Assembly: GCA_963697275.1 (NCBI GenBank) | Contig: CAVONF010000005.1 | Coordinates: 138,134 to 202,133, forward strand | Direction: 5' to 3' | Length of the DNA: 64,000 bases | Source: an uncultured Chloroflexia bacterium | GTDB taxonomy: Bacteria; Chloroflexota; Limnocylindria; Limnocylindrales; CSP1-4 | In this document: positions 60,904 through 64,000 of the stretch, in pieces | Numbering within the stretch: the stretch's first letter is position 1 | Layout: the number at the start of each line of letters is the position of its first letter | The notes under the pieces: generated by a model | Told to the model about the DNA's origin: nothing | Seen by the model: the letters and a program-made list of their open reading frames with translations, nothing else | Database searches by the model: none | Translations under genes and position numbers: made by a program

Positions 60904-61914
60904 TCAGTCCTCGCCGACCTGGAGCATCGAGGCAGCCCTGCTCGCCAGCGCATCGGCCTCACCGCGGCTGGCCGGCCACATCGGCTTGAACGTGTACCAC
61001 TGCTCGGGGCCCGCGGAGACCATGTCCTGCAGCGCATCCGCGATGGCCTGCGTAGCCCTGGCCAGCTCCCGCGGCGACGCATCGGCGACCTCGATGGGAT
61101 CGTACATGAGGGCCTGATAGGTCCCGTCCGCCTGACGTCGCGCGACCACGGGCACGATCACGGCTCGCGTCCTGGCTGCCAGCATGGCCGGCCCCTCAGG
61201 CAGCGTGGCCCACGCGCCGAAGAGCCTCACGGGCAGGTCGTCCGGCCGGTAGCCCCAGTCCACGACCATGCCCAGCACGCAAGGCCGGCGCAGGACGCGG
61301 AAGATGTCGCGCAGTCGCCGCCACGGGATGATGGTGACGCCCCAGCGGGCACGCGAGCGAGTGAGCAGCGCGAAGAGTTCGGGGAAGGCCGAAATCGTCG
61401 GCCAGGCCATAGACGGGGATACCCCGCTGTGCATAGGCACCGGCGAAGACCTCGATGCTGCCGATGTGGCCGCTCACGGCGATGATGGCGCGTTCCTCGG
61501 CCTGGCAGCGCTGCCACAGGGCCATGAAGCGCTCGTGGTGCGCGCCCTCTGGCTGGAGCAGGCGGCGCGGCTCATCGGCGGGCAGGCTGGGCAGGCGCAT
61601 CAGCTCCAGGGCGAAGCGCGAGTAGGTCGCGTAGATGCCGCGGGCCAGGCGGCGACGTCAGGATGCCCGACGGGCAGGCCCAGCACGTGGGATGCGTTGG
61701 CGAGGATGATGCGTCGCTTGGCCGGCCAGAGGTAGTAGCCCATCAGGAACAGCCAGCGCGACACCGGCTCGGAGGCCTGCAGTGGGACCCGCGCCAGCGC
61801 TGCCGAGGCAGTCCGGTACAGCAGCACCACCGCTCGCTCCCAGGCGCGGGACGCGACTCGTCTGAGCCGGCCTTGCCGGGAGCGGCGATGCGGTGCGTAT
61901 TCGACGCCGGACAC
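60904..61914 (-). CDS. Second LPLAT-family acyltransferase, tandem paralogue (about 3 frameshifts)
   Basis: Pieces lie in ORFs 61600..61914, 61196..61600 and 60904..61440: YYLWPAKRRIILANASHVLG, SGHIGSIEVF (an HX4E variant), VVDWGYRPDDLPVRLFGAWATLPEGPAMLA. Confidence 0.6.
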
Positions 61915-61951
61915 GTCCCTCCTGCGCGCTGCGCTCCCGGCCGGTGGCTGG

Positions 61952-62612
61952 CTAGGACTCGCGTGGCTGTGACGTGACGAACAGGATGCGCTGGATCACG
62001 GTGACGGTGGCGAGCACGGCGATGAGGCCCAGCCCGAGCGCCAGGATGAGGCTGCCGGTGTCTCCGAGGATCCGCGGTCACGCCGCCGGTGAGCCCGGCG
62101 CCGACCAGGCCGATGCCCAGGATGACGGTACGGATCTCGCGCGGCGCCAGGCCGACGGCGGCCATGCCCGTGCCGCTGGAGAAGCCCAGGGATTCGCTCT
62201 TGGCCCGGGTATAGCTGACCATGAAGGCCGAGACGAGCGCGGCGGCCGCGAGCCAGGCGCCCAGGTCGAAGCCCGCCTGCGTGCTGCCGATGACGATGCC
62301 CAGGTAGACCACGCCCTCACCCCAGCGGTCGAAGGTGCTGTCCATGAAGGCGCCCAGCCGGCTGACCTGGCCGGTGGCCCGGGCGACGGCGCCGTCGAAC
62401 ATGTCGAAGCCGGCGCCCACGGTGGCGATGATGCCCGCCAGCAACCACCACTCCACGGCTGCCAGCAACGCCCCGGCGCCGGCGATGCCGAAACCGATCA
62501 GGGTCAGCATGTTGGGCGTGAGGCCGGCACGGCTCATGGCCAGGGCCAGCGGCTCGAGCCTGGCGCGGATGCCCGAGCGCTGCTCGGGCGAGATGAACGA
62601 TCCCTTGCTCAT
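61952..62612 (-). CDS. pgsA: CDP-alcohol phosphatidyltransferase, phosphatidylinositol-phosphate synthase-like (one frameshift near 62080)
   Basis: MSKGSF...TPNMLTL and the motif DMFDGAVARATGQVSRLGAFMDSTFDRWGE (D-x2-DG-x2-AR...G-x3-D-x3-D). The reconstructed end is ...VIQRILFVTSQPRES-stop. Confidence 0.8.
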
Positions 62613-62616
62613 GCTG

Positions 62617-62949
62617 TCAGCCTGCCAGGCCCAGGAGTGCGCGCTCGCGCTCGTGGAAGCGCTGCAGGGCCTCACGGCTGAGGCTGCAGATGACCTCCCG
62701 GCCGGACCGCCGCGTCTTCACCAGGCCCGCCGCGCGGAGGCGACGCAGATGCCATGACACGAGCGGCTGGGAGAGGTGGACGTGGCGCATCAGGTCGCTG
62801 ACGGTGCCCTCGCCGCTGGCGAGGCGCTGCACGATGCGCAGGCGCGTCGGGTCAGCCAGGGCCTTGTGGACCACAGCCACCTCCCTGAGGTCGCGTGGTG
62901 GATCGGTGATGGTGGCGATGGCGCTGCGGATGCGAGCGGGACTGGGCAC
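62617..62949 (-). CDS. ArsR/SmtB-family transcriptional regulator (start uncertain; ORF open to 63108)
   Basis: It has the winged HTH ALADPTRLRIVQRLASGEGTVSDLMRHVHLSQPLVSWHLRRLRAAGLV. It is 4 nt upstream of pgsA and divergent from the MFS gene. Confidence 0.75.
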   Translation of the reverse strand: MPSPARIRSAIATITDPPRDLREVAVVHKALADPTRLRIVQRLASGEGTVSDLMRHVHLSQPLVSWHLRRLRAAGLVKTRRSGREVICSLSREALQRFHERERALLGLAG

Positions 62950-63135
62950 CGCGCCGGACCTCCTGGTCGACTCGCGAGGGCGAGGTTTCACATAAGCGCT
63001 CGTTGATGCTATCGGGCCGAAGTGCCCCCTGTCAAACCGGTCTCGACCCCCACGCCCGGGTCCCGGGCGCACCGTGGCATCCACCTGGCGCGGCTCGGCC
63101 GCGCGCACGCGAGCGTCTGACGCAGGATATGCGCC

Positions 63136-64000
63136 GTGAGCCCCGCTTCCCGGATGATCATGCTGGCCGCGCTCAGCCTGGGCGTGCTACTGGTCGGCAT
63201 CGAGCTGTTCATCACCGCGGTGGCACTGCCGCAGATCTTCTTCGATCTGTCCGGCTGGGGTGAGCTGCGGCGGGCCTCCTGGATCATCACGGCCTACCTG
63301 GTGGCCTACATCGCGGCCATGCCGCTGGCGGGGCGAGCCGCGGATCGCTTCGGGCTGCCCCGGCTCATGTTCATCGCTCTCGCCGTGTTCGGGATCGGCT
63401 CCTTCATCTGTGGGGCCTCCCAGACGCTGGAGCAGCTCATCGCGGGCCGCGCCATCCAGGGCGCCGGCGCCGGCGCCATCCTCCCGCTGGCCACGGCCGG
63501 CGCCAGCCACCTCTACGGCGGCCACGCGCGCTCCCGAGCGCTCGGCTTCATCGGCGGAGCGACGTTCCTGGGCATGGCCGTGGGTCCCGTGCTGGGCGTC
63601 CTGGTCCTGGAGACCCTGCAGCTGCGTGATGCGCTCGCCTCGATCGGCATCTGGGGCGGCGCGGCGGTCGACTATCTGACGCCCGCCTGGCGCTGGGTCT
63701 TCTACATCACCGCGCCGCTCTCGCTGCTGGCGCTCATCTACATCTGGGCCGCGGCACCGGACTGGGACGTGGAGCCGGGCCGGACCAGCATGGACGCGGT
63801 CGGAGCGGTCCTCTTCAGCGTCGCGCTGACGAGCGGCCTGCTGGCCATCACCCTCGTCGGCGACGAGCCCGAGGGTGACCTGCCTGTCATCGGCATCTCC
63901 GCCGCGCTGGCCCTCGTCAGCGGCGTCCTGGCGGTGCGCCAGATGCTCCGGGCCCCGGAGCCCTTCCTGGACCTGCGGCTCCTCCGTGACCGCGTCTTCA
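63136..64000 (+). CDS. MFS transporter (DHA2/EmrB-like), N-terminal part; runs off the window
   Basis: My own translation from the GTG at 63136 gives SPASRMIMLAALSLGVLLVGIELFITAVALPQI...AAMPLAGRAADRFGLPR (MFS motif A-like)...GRAIQGAGAGAILP. There is no stop up to 64000. It is not in the ORF track because it is open-ended. Confidence 0.75.
   Translation, partial: MSPASRMIMLAALSLGVLLVGIELFITAVALPQIFFDLSGWGELRRASWIITAYLVAYIAAMPLAGRAADRFGLPRLMFIALAVFGIGSFICGASQTLEQLIAGRAIQGAGAGAILPLATAGASHLYGGHARSRALGFIGGATFLGMAVGPVLGVLVLETLQLRDALASIGIWGGAAVDYLTPAWRWVFYITAPLSLLALIYIWAAAPDWDVEPGRTSMDAVGAVLFSVALTSGLLAITLVGDEPEGDLPVIGISAALALVSGVLAVRQMLRAPEPFLDLRLLRDRVF

Overview
About 70% G+C (estimated by eye) bacterial chromosomal segment, almost entirely housekeeping genes. 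Gene order is actinobacterial in type. From left to right: (i) a minus-strand block rpmE-DUF1385-prfA-prmC-tsaC-glyA-wecA-atpI-atpBEFHAG, plus rplU-rpmA, a CPA2 antiporter and mreD-mrdA-rodA (1-17220). (ii) A 1.1-kb non-coding strand-switch region with two parS sites and several DnaA-box-like 9-mers (17221-18341). (iii) parA-parB-gyrB-(HEAT/AlkD-like)-gyrA-prs (18342-26708). (iv) secA, a small Cys-rich ORF, prfB with its programmed +1 frameshift, GNAT, an IMPase-family gene, ftsE-ftsX, an S41 protease, smpB and tmRNA (27016-37823). (v) jag-yidC-yidD-rnpA-rpmH diverging from dnaA-dnaN-recF-DUF721, with a classical DnaA-box/AT-rich spacer between dnaA and dnaN (37916-45954). (vi) A membrane PP2C-like protein and a bifunctional nuclease. 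(vii) A cluster of a Ppm1-like GT2 plus four GT-C membrane glycosyltransferases, including a PMT with a large insertion (48723-57736). (viii) A phosphatidylinositol-mannoside type operon: arsR-pgsA-two acyltransferases-PHP phosphoesterase-pimA (57680-63108). (ix) The start of an MFS transporter. I found no rRNA, tRNA, CRISPR array, IS element, integrase or phage genes. A major caveat is that dozens of conserved essential genes change reading frame internally. There are roughly 50 single-base indels, clustered for example in the atp operon, secA, ftsX and prfB. This looks like unpolished assembly error rather than biology. Coordinates of broken genes are outer boundaries reconstructed by following the conserved protein across frames. 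The most interesting items are: two separate origin-like loci with rearranged origin-proximal synteny; a leader-like mini-ORF, hairpin and terminator in front of smpB-ssrA; a PHP phosphoesterase inside the PIM operon as a candidate PIP phosphatase; the mannosylation GT-C cluster with an unusual PMT; a Cys-rich small protein upstream of prfB; and a HEAT-repeat protein translationally coupled inside gyrB-gyrA.
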